The notes under the pieces: generated by a model | The model's database searches: none | Told to the model about the DNA's origin: nothing | The model's input: only the letters and a program-made list of their open reading frames with translations | From: Alphaproteobacteria bacterium | GTDB taxonomy: Bacteria > Pseudomonadota > Alphaproteobacteria > JBMOFM01 | DNA length: 64,000 nucleotides | NCBI GenBank assembly: GCA_049318825.1 | Contig: JBMOFM010000002.1 | Coordinates: 20,632 to 84,631 of the forward strand | Reading direction: 5' to 3' | Program-made: the position numbers and the translations under genes | Shown here: positions 1 to 9,918 of the stretch, one piece after another | Layout: every line of letters begins with the position of its first letter | Position numbering within the stretch: the first letter of the stretch is position 1

Positions 1-95
1 CTTCGGGTTGTTGGGCAGCAGAAAATTGTACGGGCAAGGCGCGTTTGCGCAGTACATCATCGGGGTAGTAACGCAATTGTAAGGTCATTCAGTAA

Positions 96-1670
96 TCAGC
101 CATTTTTATCGTCATCAATCAGCCCATCATCGCTGATTTCCACTCTATTCGTCAATATTTCGCGGGCAGTGAGAGGGCGCGGCAAAAGCTGTCTTGGCTC
201 TAATATACCAATCTCACTTTTTTCTTCCCCTACCCCTAAATCTTTGAATTTGCGTGCTTTGGGTAAAATATTCCCTTCCAGCGAGCCCACCGAATCATTA
301 TAGCCTTTTACGGCTTGTTCTAGGTTTCTACCTAAGCGATTCATGTGCTCAGAAAAAGTACCCATAGCATTATATAATTGTTCCCCTGCTTTTTTAATAT
401 CCATGGCGTTTTTGGCTATTTTTTCTTGATTCCAACCATAAGAGGCGGTTTTTAACAGGGCGATTAAGGTAATGGGGGTGGCCAGTACTACCCGTTCACC
501 AAAACTCATTTCCAACAGGCTGGGGTCACCTTCTAAGGCCGCACGAAACATGGCTTCGGTGGGCAAAAATAACACCACAAATTCTGGGCTGCTTTCTAAT
601 TGTTGCCAGTAGGATTTTTCGGCCAAGGCTTTCACATGCACCCGCACCGCTTTGGCAAAACGCTGCAGCGACTCTTGGCGTTTTCCCACTTCCAATTCAC
701 CATCAATGGCATCCCAAAAAGAATCCATCGGCACCTTAGCGTCCACCGCAATGCTGTGGCCACCTGGTAAATGAATAATCATATCGGGGCGTGAGCGGCG
801 ATCATCGCTAGCAATGCCAGTTTGCTCATCAAAATTGCAATAATTGACCATACCCGATTGTTCAACCACCTTTTTAAGGTGCATCTCCCCCCATTGACCG
901 CGGCTGGCGGGATGATGCAAGGCAGCCGATAAGCGCGATGTTTCACGGCTTAATTGTTCATGCCCCGTTTTCATGGTTTGTAGCCAATTTTCTACATCTT
1001 TATATGCACCTTGGCGGTTTTTTTCTAATTCTTGCACCTGCAATTCCATGCGTTGTAAATTGCTGGCTAAAGGCTGTACCACCGCCGCAAATTCAGCTTG
1101 CCTTTTATCCATATCCTGCTTGGATTGTTCCTGATTCTTCTCAAAACTGAGGCGAGCGAGATTAAAAAACTGATCTTGTGCTTGTTGTAATGCTTGTAAG
1201 GAAAGGCTTTGAAAATGTTCAGAAAGCTGTTGGCGGGCTTGTTCTAATAGTTGGAGTTTTTCATCGCCGGTACGTTTTTCTTGGGCTAAATCAGCTTCCA
1301 ACACCGCCTTTTGTTCACGCAGGCGGGCATTTTCTTGTATGTTCTGATTAATTTGTTGCTCTAGGCTTTGCTTTTCTTGCTGTAATTGTTGTAGCTGCTG
1401 TTCATAACGCTGGGTTTGGCCAATTGAGGCTTTGTTTTCTTGTTCAACAAGGGTTTCTAATACGGCTTTTTGCTGGCGTAACTCTTGAACTTCGCCATTA
1501 ATACTGTGCATTTGCTCTTCTACGAGCTGTTTTTCAGCAGTAAGACGCCCAATATCGCTTTCTTGAGTTTGCAGGCGGGTTTTATATATCCCCAATATTC
1601 TTGATTGCACCAGAAAGCATAATAATGCCCCACCAGCAAAAGATAAAAGGGGATAGATAAAATCTTGCAT
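96..1670 (-). CDS. rmuC: DNA recombination protein RmuC
   Basis: N-terminal TM, long coiled coil, RGQWGEMHL, RPDMIIHLPGG..IAVDAKVP, SPEFVVLFLPTE, ATPITLIALL motifs typical of RmuC. Confidence 0.93.
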   Translation of the reverse strand: MQDFIYPLLSFAGGALLCFLVQSRILGIYKTRLQTQESDIGRLTAEKQLVEEQMHSINGEVQELRQQKAVLETLVEQENKASIGQTQRYEQQLQQLQQEKQSLEQQINQNIQENARLREQKAVLEADLAQEKRTGDEKLQLLEQARQQLSEHFQSLSLQALQQAQDQFFNLARLSFEKNQEQSKQDMDKRQAEFAAVVQPLASNLQRMELQVQELEKNRQGAYKDVENWLQTMKTGHEQLSRETSRLSAALHHPASRGQWGEMHLKKVVEQSGMVNYCNFDEQTGIASDDRRSRPDMIIHLPGGHSIAVDAKVPMDSFWDAIDGELEVGKRQESLQRFAKAVRVHVKALAEKSYWQQLESSPEFVVLFLPTEAMFRAALEGDPSLLEMSFGERVVLATPITLIALLKTASYGWNQEKIAKNAMDIKKAGEQLYNAMGTFSEHMNRLGRNLEQAVKGYNDSVGSLEGNILPKARKFKDLGVGEEKSEIGILEPRQLLPRPLTAREILTNRVEISDDGLIDDDKNG

Positions 1671-1678
1671 CAGCTCAT

Positions 1679-1818
1679 CCTATAGAAAGCACTTAAAAAG
1701 GGGTTAGAGGGGTAAAATTTTTTATTTTTCGCTCGCTACGCGGCGGAAAACCACCATTAACAAAGGCGGTTTTCATAGAAAACTCTTCCAAAAATACTTT
1801 TGAAGAGTTTTCTATAGG
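1679..1818. repeat. 140-bp MITE-like element with 22-bp imperfect terminal inverted repeats and internal hairpins
   Basis: cctatagaaagcacttaaaaag (1679-1700) vs reverse complement of 1797-1818 cctatagaaaactcttcaaaag, 19/22 identical; internal perfect 14-bp IR 1775-1788/1802-1815. Confidence 0.55.
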
Positions 1819-1844
1819 TAATGCCGGCTATTAGTTTTACTGGG

Positions 1845-2552
1845 CTATAACAAATGCTGTTTCAAGAAATGCAGGCTACGGCTATTGGCCAGTTCAGCCG
1901 CTTCTTGATTATAATGCTTGCCGCCTGTACGGGCAAAGGCGTGATCCACCCCTTCATAAATATGCAAGCTAATCTGCGGATGATGGGCAACGGCTTGGGC
2001 AATTAATGCTTGTGCTGCGGGGGGCACAAAGCCATCTTTTTCTGCCATATGCATCAATAAAGGTTTACGAATATTACCAATTTCATTGAGATATTCTTCA
2101 ATGGCCACCCCATAATAGCTTACGCAGGCATCCAATTGTAGGCGGCTGGCGGTAAAATAGGCCAACCTTCCCCCCAAGCAATAGCCAATAGAGCCAATTT
2201 TGCCATTACAGGCAGGGTGTTTTTTCAAAAAATCGGCACTGGCAGATAAATCAGCTACCCCCAATTGTTGATCGAATCCTTGATATAATTCAAAAGCCCG
2301 CCGCCATTCAGCATCGCTTTGGTCGGTAATATCGATATTGGGCTCTTGCCGCCAAAATAAATCGGGGCACAGGGCAATAAAGCCTTGGCTGGCCACCCAA
2401 TCGGTGAGGGTGCGCATTACTGCATTCACGCCAAATATTTCCTGTATCACAATAACTGCGGGTTTTGAATTGGCCGCATCAGCGCCTTCAGGCAAGGCCA
2501 GATAGCCAGAAAACTCACCGCCATCATGGGCATTAATTGTTACGTTGGTCAT
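1845..2552 (-). CDS. Dienelactone hydrolase family protein (carboxymethylenebutenolidase-like)
   Basis: VIQEIFGVN, GYCLGG nucleophile motif, D..VP, YEGVDHAF. Confidence 0.92.
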   Translation of the reverse strand: MTNVTINAHDGGEFSGYLALPEGADAANSKPAVIVIQEIFGVNAVMRTLTDWVASQGFIALCPDLFWRQEPNIDITDQSDAEWRRAFELYQGFDQQLGVADLSASADFLKKHPACNGKIGSIGYCLGGRLAYFTASRLQLDACVSYYGVAIEEYLNEIGNIRKPLLMHMAEKDGFVPPAAQALIAQAVAHHPQISLHIYEGVDHAFARTGGKHYNQEAAELANSRSLHFLKQHLL

Positions 2553-2554
2553 GA

Positions 2555-4399
2555 TTATTTTAACCCCATATTGTTCAGTTGAACCATGCGCGCATATTCA
2601 CCATTATGCTGCAATAACTCTTGATGTGTGCCTTGTTCTAACACACCGCCATGAGAAAGATATAAAATACGGTCGGCTTTTTGAATGGTGCTGAGACGGT
2701 GAGCAATAATTAAGGTAGTTTTTTGATGGGTCATTAAATGATCCAATGCTGCATATACCGCTTGTTCACTTTCAGCGTCCAGAGCCGAGGTGGCTTCATC
2801 CAGCAACAGAATGGGGGCATCGGCTAAAAAGGCGCGGGCAATTGCAATGCGTTGCTTCTGGCCACCAGAAAGGCGTAGGCCGCGTTCTCCCAATACAGTA
2901 TCCAACCCTTGTGGTAAATGTTGAATAAAGTCGAAAGCATAAGCAGCTTTGGCGGCTTCTATCACCATTTCATCGCTAACATTATTGCGGCCAAAGGCAA
3001 TATTATCGCGCACAGAGCCAGAAAATATAACAGGATCTTGCGGTACTAAGGCAAAGCAACGGCGTAAGGCGGATAGGCTGAGTTTGGTGATTTCGGATTC
3101 GCCATATAAAATTTTACCGCTTTGATAATCATAAAAACGCAGCAATAATTGAAAAATGGTGCTTTTACCTGCACCGCTTGGCCCAACTAAGGCTACTTTT
3201 TCACCATGGCGAATGGTGAAAGAAAGATTATTGGCCGCCATTTGTTCTGGGCGGGAGGGGTAAGAAAACCCAACGCTGTGAAAAGAAATAAGCCGAGAAT
3301 TATGCAATACCTCTGGTGCTTCTATGCCCGTATCATTTTCCAGCATGTCGTCTTGGGCGATAAGATTAAATAAATCTTCTACCGCAAAAGCCGCTTTGGA
3401 AAGATCGCCATGCACTTCACTGAGTGCGCCCACCGCCGAAGCCACCAAAATAGCATTAAACACGAATGCTGATAACTCGCCGCCCGTAATATGCCCTTGC
3501 AATACCTCATGGCCACCCATCCACAATACCCCGCCCACCGAAGCAAACACCAAGGTAATCACAAAAGCAGCCATAGAAGAACGCGCTAATATATAACGCA
3601 GCGTGGCCAATAAATTGCTGCGTTGCAGGCCATATTGCTTCTGGCTGGCGTAATTTTCTTGGGTGAATGATTTAATGGTGGCAATATTAGAAAGCGATTC
3701 TGACATGTGCGCATTGGCGAGATTAATATATTCTTGTGCCTTACGGTTTAATTTACCAATCTGGCGGCCAGCCACAATTAATAGCCCAACCACCACGGGC
3801 ACCATGGCAATGGTGATCAAACTTAAAGACGCGCTGGCACTCATCATTAGCAACAAACCACCCACGGCCAACACGATGTTGCGTAAGGCAATGGGCATGG
3901 CCGTGGAGCACACCATCTGAATGACCGAAAGATGGGTATTAATGCGGGTGGTGAGTTCACCAGCATTATGGGTTTCATAAAAAGTGATTCGGTAGCGCAC
4001 CAGGCGCTCGAATAATTGATTTTTGAGGCTTTGCCCCAATGTTTCTGCCGCACGGTTGAATAAATATAAGCGGGCAAAGCTACTTACCGATAATACCAAC
4101 ACGCCCAGTAGCATATAGCCCAGCGCCTTATCCAGATAATCGCTATTACCCGGCAGAAAAGCCTTGTCAATAATCACGCTGAGGCCGCGCCCTAACCCCA
4201 ATACTGATAAGGAAGCAGCCACCAAAGCAATAATGCCCGCCCGTAAATATATAAGGGAAGGGGTTAATAATGGCCATAACAGCAATAAGGGCTTAATATT
4301 AGCGCGTTTTTTCCCTTCAGCTTTGCGTTGCGGCGAGCCAGAAGAAGATTTGGCGGTGCTAGGGCTTAAGCTTTCGGTAACAGAAGGTTCACGAAACAT
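2555..4399 (-). CDS. ABC exporter, fused permease/ATP-binding protein (MsbA-like)
   Basis: Multi-TM ABC membrane domain, Walker A GPSGAGKST, LSGGQKQR signature, LLLDEATSALD. Confidence 0.9.
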   Translation of the reverse strand: MFREPSVTESLSPSTAKSSSGSPQRKAEGKKRANIKPLLLLWPLLTPSLIYLRAGIIALVAASLSVLGLGRGLSVIIDKAFLPGNSDYLDKALGYMLLGVLVLSVSSFARLYLFNRAAETLGQSLKNQLFERLVRYRITFYETHNAGELTTRINTHLSVIQMVCSTAMPIALRNIVLAVGGLLLMMSASASLSLITIAMVPVVVGLLIVAGRQIGKLNRKAQEYINLANAHMSESLSNIATIKSFTQENYASQKQYGLQRSNLLATLRYILARSSMAAFVITLVFASVGGVLWMGGHEVLQGHITGGELSAFVFNAILVASAVGALSEVHGDLSKAAFAVEDLFNLIAQDDMLENDTGIEAPEVLHNSRLISFHSVGFSYPSRPEQMAANNLSFTIRHGEKVALVGPSGAGKSTIFQLLLRFYDYQSGKILYGESEITKLSLSALRRCFALVPQDPVIFSGSVRDNIAFGRNNVSDEMVIEAAKAAYAFDFIQHLPQGLDTVLGERGLRLSGGQKQRIAIARAFLADAPILLLDEATSALDAESEQAVYAALDHLMTHQKTTLIIAHRLSTIQKADRILYLSHGGVLEQGTHQELLQHNGEYARMVQLNNMGLK

Positions 4400-4545
4400 G
4401 GCTGAATAACTATATGGTAATTTATGGGGTGTCGCGTCCTATCGACGCTTAGTCTTATCCCGCGCATTATACAAGTTGCCAAAGCGCGCAGAAGCAATTA
4501 TCTATGTGTTTCGATAAATTTAGTACGAACTTTTTGGTTGGAATT

Positions 4546-4875
4546 ATGAAAGCAGACATTCATCCCGATTATCACCAAATTACCGTTGTTTTAACCGACG
4601 GTTCTTCTTATGTTACCCGCAGCACTTGGGGTAAAGCTGGCGATAGCTTGCGTCTTGATATTGACCCAAGCACACACCCAGCCTGGAGTAAAGATGGTAG
4701 CCGCCGCTTGGTGGATAGCGGTGGTCAGTTGGCACGCTTTAAGAAGAAATTTGATTTCTTGGGTATGTCTGATAAAGACATGAACCCAGAAGTTGCTGCA
4801 TCTGAGCAGCCAGAAGCTGTTGCTGCCCCTAAGGCAGTGGAAAAAAAGGTAGAAGCAAAAAAAGGTAAGAAATAG
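4546..4875 (+). CDS. rpmE: 50S ribosomal protein L31 (Zn-free type) with Ala/Glu/Lys-rich C-terminal extension
   Basis: [10 protein letters not shown]...TRSTWG...LRLDIDP.THPAW...[11 protein letters not shown]; start set at ATG 4546 rather than 4504. Confidence 0.95.
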   Translation: MKADIHPDYHQITVVLTDGSSYVTRSTWGKAGDSLRLDIDPSTHPAWSKDGSRRLVDSGGQLARFKKKFDFLGMSDKDMNPEVAASEQPEAVAAPKAVEKKVEAKKGKK

Positions 4876-4896
4876 TCATTTTCTTATCGTTATTCT

Positions 4897-4931
4897 AAAA
4901 AAGCAGCCCGCTTGCGTTGGGCTGCTTTTTT
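4897..4931. terminator. Bidirectional intrinsic terminator between rpmE and amiC
   Basis: aaaaaagcagccc-loop-gggctgctttttt between convergent genes. Confidence 0.85.
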
Positions 4932-6240
4932 ATGGTCTTACCTCGCTGGCCATTTGTGGTTGGCGATTCCAGCTATTAATAGCCGCTACAATCGCTTCGG
5001 CAATTTTTTTCTGGTAATCGGGTTTGGCCAGTAAAAAAGCATCTTCAGGGTTGGATAAATAGCCCATTTCAATGAGTACCGAGGGCGTTTTATAAGATTT
5101 AAGCACGGCAAAACGGCCAGCGCGCAGTGGGTTGCTGAGCAAGGGAAGTTTTTTCTCAGCAAATTGCCCTTTCAGTAGGGCGGCTAGAGCCAAGCTTTGC
5201 TCACGATTCTTCTGTTCCGCCAAATCATGCAATACATGGGCAACTTCTATATCATGGTCATCGCTGGGGGAAGAAATAGCTTCAGCACCAGCGCGGTTTT
5301 CTCTTTCAGCATAGGCGGCGGAAAAACTATCGGTTGCCTTATCCGATAAGGTATAAAAGGAGGCCCCGTTGGTGGTATCATTGGCCATCTGGTCGGCGTG
5401 AATAGAAATAAATAAGGCCGCTTTCAGCTGTTCGGCTTTTTGGCGGCGTTCTTCTAAGCTTAAGTAATAATCATTATCGCGGGTGAGGTGGGTAATATAA
5501 TGGCCTTGTTGATCCAGCAATTCTTTTACCCATAAGGCCACTGAAAGCGTGACTTCTTTTTCGGCAAACCCATAGGTGCTGATTGCCCCCGGATCTTTGC
5601 CGCCATGGCCTGCATCAATCATCACAAGAGTTGGTGGAGTTGTGTTGATAATGGGTGTGGGCGGTGGGTTTATGGGAGCGGTGGGCGGTGCATTTTTTAT
5701 AACTGTTGGCGGTTGGGGTGGTGGTGTTTTTTCTTCTGGCTGGGGCTGATTTTTTGCCATTAGGGTAGGACTATTTTTGCTGCTTGTGGTGCTGGCTATA
5801 TCCAACACCAACCGGTGAGAACTGCGATTTTTTTCTCCTTTGATTAAAAAGGCTTTTTGCAGTTGGCTATTTTTTTCTAATACCAGAATCAGTTTCCAGC
5901 CTTTTTGTTTGCTGCCTTGCTCGGCATAAAGCGGATCCACCCGCCAACCGCGTACGGCACCAAAGCCCACCACCGAAGCAGGCGCTGGTTTCCAATTCAT
6001 GGCGGGTAGTTTTACCTCCAACCTTTCTTCTTCCGCGCTGTTTATTATTTGTGCTTGCCACGATAGGGGTTGATCCATATCCAACACCACTCTTGTGGCC
6101 TTTTCACTGCCACCAAAGCGAATATTATAAACAAAAGGCACATTATGGGGAGGAGGGGCTTCATTATTTTGGGCAAGAGCGGGCAGCGGCGTAGCCAATA
6201 ATAAAGTGAATAAGAGCAAGCGAAAGAAATTCAGCAGCAT
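4930..6240 (-). CDS. amiC: N-acetylmuramoyl-L-alanine amidase (AMIN + Amidase_3)
   Basis: Signal peptide, TRVVLD AMIN domain, Pro-rich linker, IDAGHGGKDPGA, FISIHAD, SVLIEMGYLSN. Confidence 0.9.
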   Translation of the reverse strand: MLLNFFRLLLFTLLLATPLPALAQNNEAPPPHNVPFVYNIRFGGSEKATRVVLDMDQPLSWQAQIINSAEEERLEVKLPAMNWKPAPASVVGFGAVRGWRVDPLYAEQGSKQKGWKLILVLEKNSQLQKAFLIKGEKNRSSHRLVLDIASTTSSKNSPTLMAKNQPQPEEKTPPPQPPTVIKNAPPTAPINPPPTPIINTTPPTLVMIDAGHGGKDPGAISTYGFAEKEVTLSVALWVKELLDQQGHYITHLTRDNDYYLSLEERRQKAEQLKAALFISIHADQMANDTTNGASFYTLSDKATDSFSAAYAERENRAGAEAISSPSDDHDIEVAHVLHDLAEQKNREQSLALAALLKGQFAEKKLPLLSNPLRAGRFAVLKSYKTPSVLIEMGYLSNPEDAFLLAKPDYQKKIAEAIVAAINSWNRQPQMASEVRP

Positions 6241-6377
6241 CAGGCCATGTTAGGGCAAAAAGTCATAAAAAGCCAAGATAAGATTTTTGCTATATTCCCT
6301 TTATGCTATTACCCGTGTATAGCTGATGAAGCGGATGAACGACCCCTAAGGGTCAGGAATGATAAAAAGCAATATCA

Positions 6378-9300
6378 ATGGACGATCATTTTATTCATTT
6401 ACGGGTGCATTCGGCCTATTCTTTGTTGGAAGGTGCTATTCCCATCAAAAAATTGCTGGGGCGATGCCGCACAGAAAATATGCCAGCCGTGGCCGTGACG
6501 GATACCAATAATTTATTTGGTGCCATGGAATTTGCAACCCATGCGGCTGAAAACGGCATTCAGCCCATTATGGGGCTACAATTGGCGGTGCGGGCTGCTT
6601 TTAGCCCTGCCAGCCTGAAACAACGGCAAGAAGCGGATCTGGTGCTTATAGCGCAAAATCAGCAAGGCTGGCTCAATTTACTGAAATTAGCCTCTGATTG
6701 CCATTTACTGCGCGATGATAAAGATGCGCCGCATCTGCCACTTGCCCATGTTTTGGCGCATGCGGATGGTTTGATTTGCTTAACCGGTGGCCATGATGGG
6801 CTATTAGAACAGGCCATCCAGTATAATCAGGCTGATTCATTACTGGATGATTTGCAAGCCGTTTTTGCTGATCGCTTATATATAGAGCTGCACCGTCATC
6901 CACAGCCTTTGCGTTATGAAGAGCAAATGTTGGATTTAGCTTATGCGCGTAACATTCCACTGGTGGCCACCAATAATTGTTTTTTTCTGGATGCCAAATT
7001 GCATGAAGCCCATGACGCCCTGTTATGTATTGCTGAAGGGCGTTATGTACAAGAAACAGACCGCCGCCGTGTGACGCCGCATCATCATTTCAAAAATGCG
7101 CCCACCATGCGTCAGCTTTTTGCCGATTTGCCTGAAGCTTGCGATAATACCCTACTTATAGCGCAGCGTTGCTCGTTTTTATTGCGGCCAGAAAAGCCGA
7201 TGTTGCCAGTTTTTCCAGTACCAACGGGCGAAACTGAGGTGGATACATTATACCGTTTAGCCCGTGAAGGGCTGGCCCAGCGTTTGCAAGCCTCTGCCTA
7301 CCTAGCCAAAACCCCAGAAGAACTGGCTATTTATCATGAAAGGCTGGAATATGAGTTGGGGGTGATTGTTTCCATGCAATTTGCTGGTTACTTTCTGATT
7401 GTTTCTGATTTTATTTGTTGGGCTAAAGCGCAAAACATACCCGTGGGGCCGGGTAGGGGGTCGGGCGCGGGGTCATTGGTGGCTTATGCGTTGCTGATTA
7501 CTGATCTTGACCCATTACAATTTGGTTTGCTATTTGAGCGTTTTCTTAACCCTGAACGGGTTTCCATGCCCGATTTTGATATAGATTTTTGTCAAGATCG
7601 CCGCGATGAGGTGATTGATTATGTGCGCCGCCGTTATGGCCAGAATCAAGTAGCACAGATTATTACTTTTGGAAAATTACAGGCGCGAGCGGTGCTGCGT
7701 GATGTGGGGCGGGTGTTGCAAATGCCCTATGGGCAGGTGGATAGAATCTGCAAAATGGTGCCCAATAATCCCGCTAATCCCGTTACCTTGCAGCAGGCTA
7801 TTGATAGTGAAATCGGTCTGCGTGAGGCAAGGCAGGATCCAGCCGTGGCCAAGCTCATGGATATAGCCTTGCATTTGGAAGGTTTATACCGCCATGCCTC
7901 TACCCATGCGGCAGGGGTGGTGATTGGAGCAAAGCCCTTAAATGAGCTGATTCCTTTATATAAAGACCCACGTTCTGAAGGGTTGGTTACCCAATATAAT
8001 ATGGGCGATTGCGAAAAAGCGGGTCTGGTGAAGTTCGACTTTTTAGGCTTGAAAACCCTGACCGTGTTGCAAAAAGCTGAAGGCTTGGTGCGCAGCCAAT
8101 GGGGAATGGATGTGGATATAACGCAGCTGGCATTGGCGGATCCGGCCAGTTATGAGTTGATGTCGCGCGGGGAAACCATGGGCGTGTTTCAATTAGAAAG
8201 CACCGGCATGCGTGATGTGCTGCGCCGCATGAAACCCAACCGTTTTGAAGATATTATTGCCCTAGTATCGCTGTATCGCCCAGGGCCCATGGATAATATT
8301 CCGCAATATATTAAAGTAAAAAATGGCGAAGAAGCGGCTAATTATCTGCACCCCATGCTGCAAAAAGTGTTGGAAGAAACATTCGGCATTATTGTGTATC
8401 AAGAACAGGTGATGCAAATAGCCCAGATTTTGGCGGGTTACACCCTTGGGGGGGCCGATTTATTGCGCCGCGCCATGGGGAAAAAGAAAAAATCGGAAAT
8501 GGATGCCCAGCGCGCTATTTTTGTAGCAGGGGCGGCAGAAAAAGCGGTGGAAGAAGCGCAATCCTCACAAATTTTTGATCTGGTAGAAAAATTTGCTGGC
8601 TATGGTTTTAATAAATCGCACGCCGCCGCTTATGCGTTGGTGGCCTATCAAACAGCGTGGCTAAAAGCTAATTATCCGGTGGCCTTTATGGCGGCTTCCA
8701 TGAGCCTTGATATGGGCAATACCGATAAGCTGGTATTATTTCGGCAAGAATTGCAGCGCATGAATATTCCCCTATTGCCGCCGGATGTTAATTATTCTGG
8801 GGTAGAGTTTCTGGTGGAAAAAATGGCGGATGGTGTTTTTGCTATTCGCTATGCTTTAGCCGCTATTAAAGGGGTGGGGGAAGGGGCAATGCAGGCAATG
8901 ATTACTGCCCGCCAACAGGGGGGGATTTTTACCAGCCTGCAAGATTTTTGTCAGCGTTTAGAAGCAAAAGCGGTGAATAAAAGACAGCTTGAAGCCTTGA
9001 TTGCCGCTGGTGCATTGGATGGGTTGGAAAAAAATCGCGGTTTATTATTCGATAATGTTGAGCTATTATTAAAAACAGCACAATTGGCTGCTGCTGATAA
9101 TCAACATCAAGGCTTGTTTGCAGCGGCTGATTTGCAAACCGAAAAACTCACCCTGCAGCCCAAACAGGGATGGACGCCCCTAGAGCTATTGCGGTATGAA
9201 TTTTCAGCCATTGGTTTTTGCCTTTCAGCCCACCCATTGGATGGTTTTGAGCGGGTATTGCAACGGCTAAAAGTGCATACGCAAGCGGCCATGCGTTTAG

Positions 9301-9854
9301 CCATGGAGCAAGGGGCAACCCATACGCGCTTTCTGTTGGCTGGAGTATTAGTGAGCAAGCAAGAGCGTAAAAGTGCTAAGGGTAACCGTTTTGCTTTCAT
9401 TCAGCTTTCTGATACCAGCGGTGTGTTTGAGGTAATGTTATTTTCTGAATTGCTGGCATTACACCGCGATCATTTAGAAACTGGCAAATTGCTGTTGATC
9501 CAAGCCGATGCGCAAATGCAAGCATCGGGTGGGCAAGAGCAACGGGAAGGGGAGGCCATTCGGTTAACGGCGGTGAATATTCAGCTTTTAGAAAGCGTGG
9601 CGGCAGAACAAAATGAGGGCTGGCGTATTTATTTGCGTGAAACAGGGGTGGATGCGCCAGCCTTGAAAAAATTGCTGGAACAGGGAAAAAACCCCCATGC
9701 TACCCCCCGCCAGAAAAAGCAAAAAACCCAGCTCTGCGTGCCATTAGCTGATGGGGTAGCTGTGCTTACCTTAAAAGATTGCTACCCCTTAACGCCCGAA
9801 GGCAAAAACCAACTATTGCGCCAGAATTATATAGAAAAAGTAGTGGAATTATAA
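6378..9854 (+). CDS. dnaE: DNA polymerase III subunit alpha
   Basis: PHP domain HLRVHSAYSLLEG, GPGRGSGAGS, RVSMPDFDIDF, KFAGYGFNKSH, C-terminal OB fold. Confidence 0.98.
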   Translation: MDDHFIHLRVHSAYSLLEGAIPIKKLLGRCRTENMPAVAVTDTNNLFGAMEFATHAAENGIQPIMGLQLAVRAAFSPASLKQRQEADLVLIAQNQQGWLNLLKLASDCHLLRDDKDAPHLPLAHVLAHADGLICLTGGHDGLLEQAIQYNQADSLLDDLQAVFADRLYIELHRHPQPLRYEEQMLDLAYARNIPLVATNNCFFLDAKLHEAHDALLCIAEGRYVQETDRRRVTPHHHFKNAPTMRQLFADLPEACDNTLLIAQRCSFLLRPEKPMLPVFPVPTGETEVDTLYRLAREGLAQRLQASAYLAKTPEELAIYHERLEYELGVIVSMQFAGYFLIVSDFICWAKAQNIPVGPGRGSGAGSLVAYALLITDLDPLQFGLLFERFLNPERVSMPDFDIDFCQDRRDEVIDYVRRRYGQNQVAQIITFGKLQARAVLRDVGRVLQMPYGQVDRICKMVPNNPANPVTLQQAIDSEIGLREARQDPAVAKLMDIALHLEGLYRHASTHAAGVVIGAKPLNELIPLYKDPRSEGLVTQYNMGDCEKAGLVKFDFLGLKTLTVLQKAEGLVRSQWGMDVDITQLALADPASYELMSRGETMGVFQLESTGMRDVLRRMKPNRFEDIIALVSLYRPGPMDNIPQYIKVKNGEEAANYLHPMLQKVLEETFGIIVYQEQVMQIAQILAGYTLGGADLLRRAMGKKKKSEMDAQRAIFVAGAAEKAVEEAQSSQIFDLVEKFAGYGFNKSHAAAYALVAYQTAWLKANYPVAFMAASMSLDMGNTDKLVLFRQELQRMNIPLLPPDVNYSGVEFLVEKMADGVFAIRYALAAIKGVGEGAMQAMITARQQGGIFTSLQDFCQRLEAKAVNKRQLEALIAAGALDGLEKNRGLLFDNVELLLKTAQLAAADNQHQGLFAAADLQTEKLTLQPKQGWTPLELLRYEFSAIGFCLSAHPLDGFERVLQRLKVHTQAAMRLAMEQGATHTRFLLAGVLVSKQERKSAKGNRFAFIQLSDTSGVFEVMLFSELLALHRDHLETGKLLLIQADAQMQASGGQEQREGEAIRLTAVNIQLLESVAAEQNEGWRIYLRETGVDAPALKKLLEQGKNPHATPRQKKQKTQLCVPLADGVAVLTLKDCYPLTPEGKNQLLRQNYIEKVVEL

Positions 9855-9867
9855 CACGGCGTTTAAC

Positions 9868-9885
9868 GCCCCCCATAAGGGGGGC
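9868..9885. terminator. GC-rich hairpin between convergent dnaE and purH
   Basis: gcccccc-ataa-ggggggc; weak U-tract. Confidence 0.55.
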
Positions 9886-9918
9886 ATTATATCAGTTTGG
9901 CTATAATATAACCCAGTT

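Noticed and set aside
6315-6365. CTGATGA followed by a gaccc-ctaa-gggtc hairpin upstream of dnaE as a hammerhead ribozyme or riboswitch
   Set aside because: No properly placed GAAA or closing stems, and no riboswitch consensus that I can match
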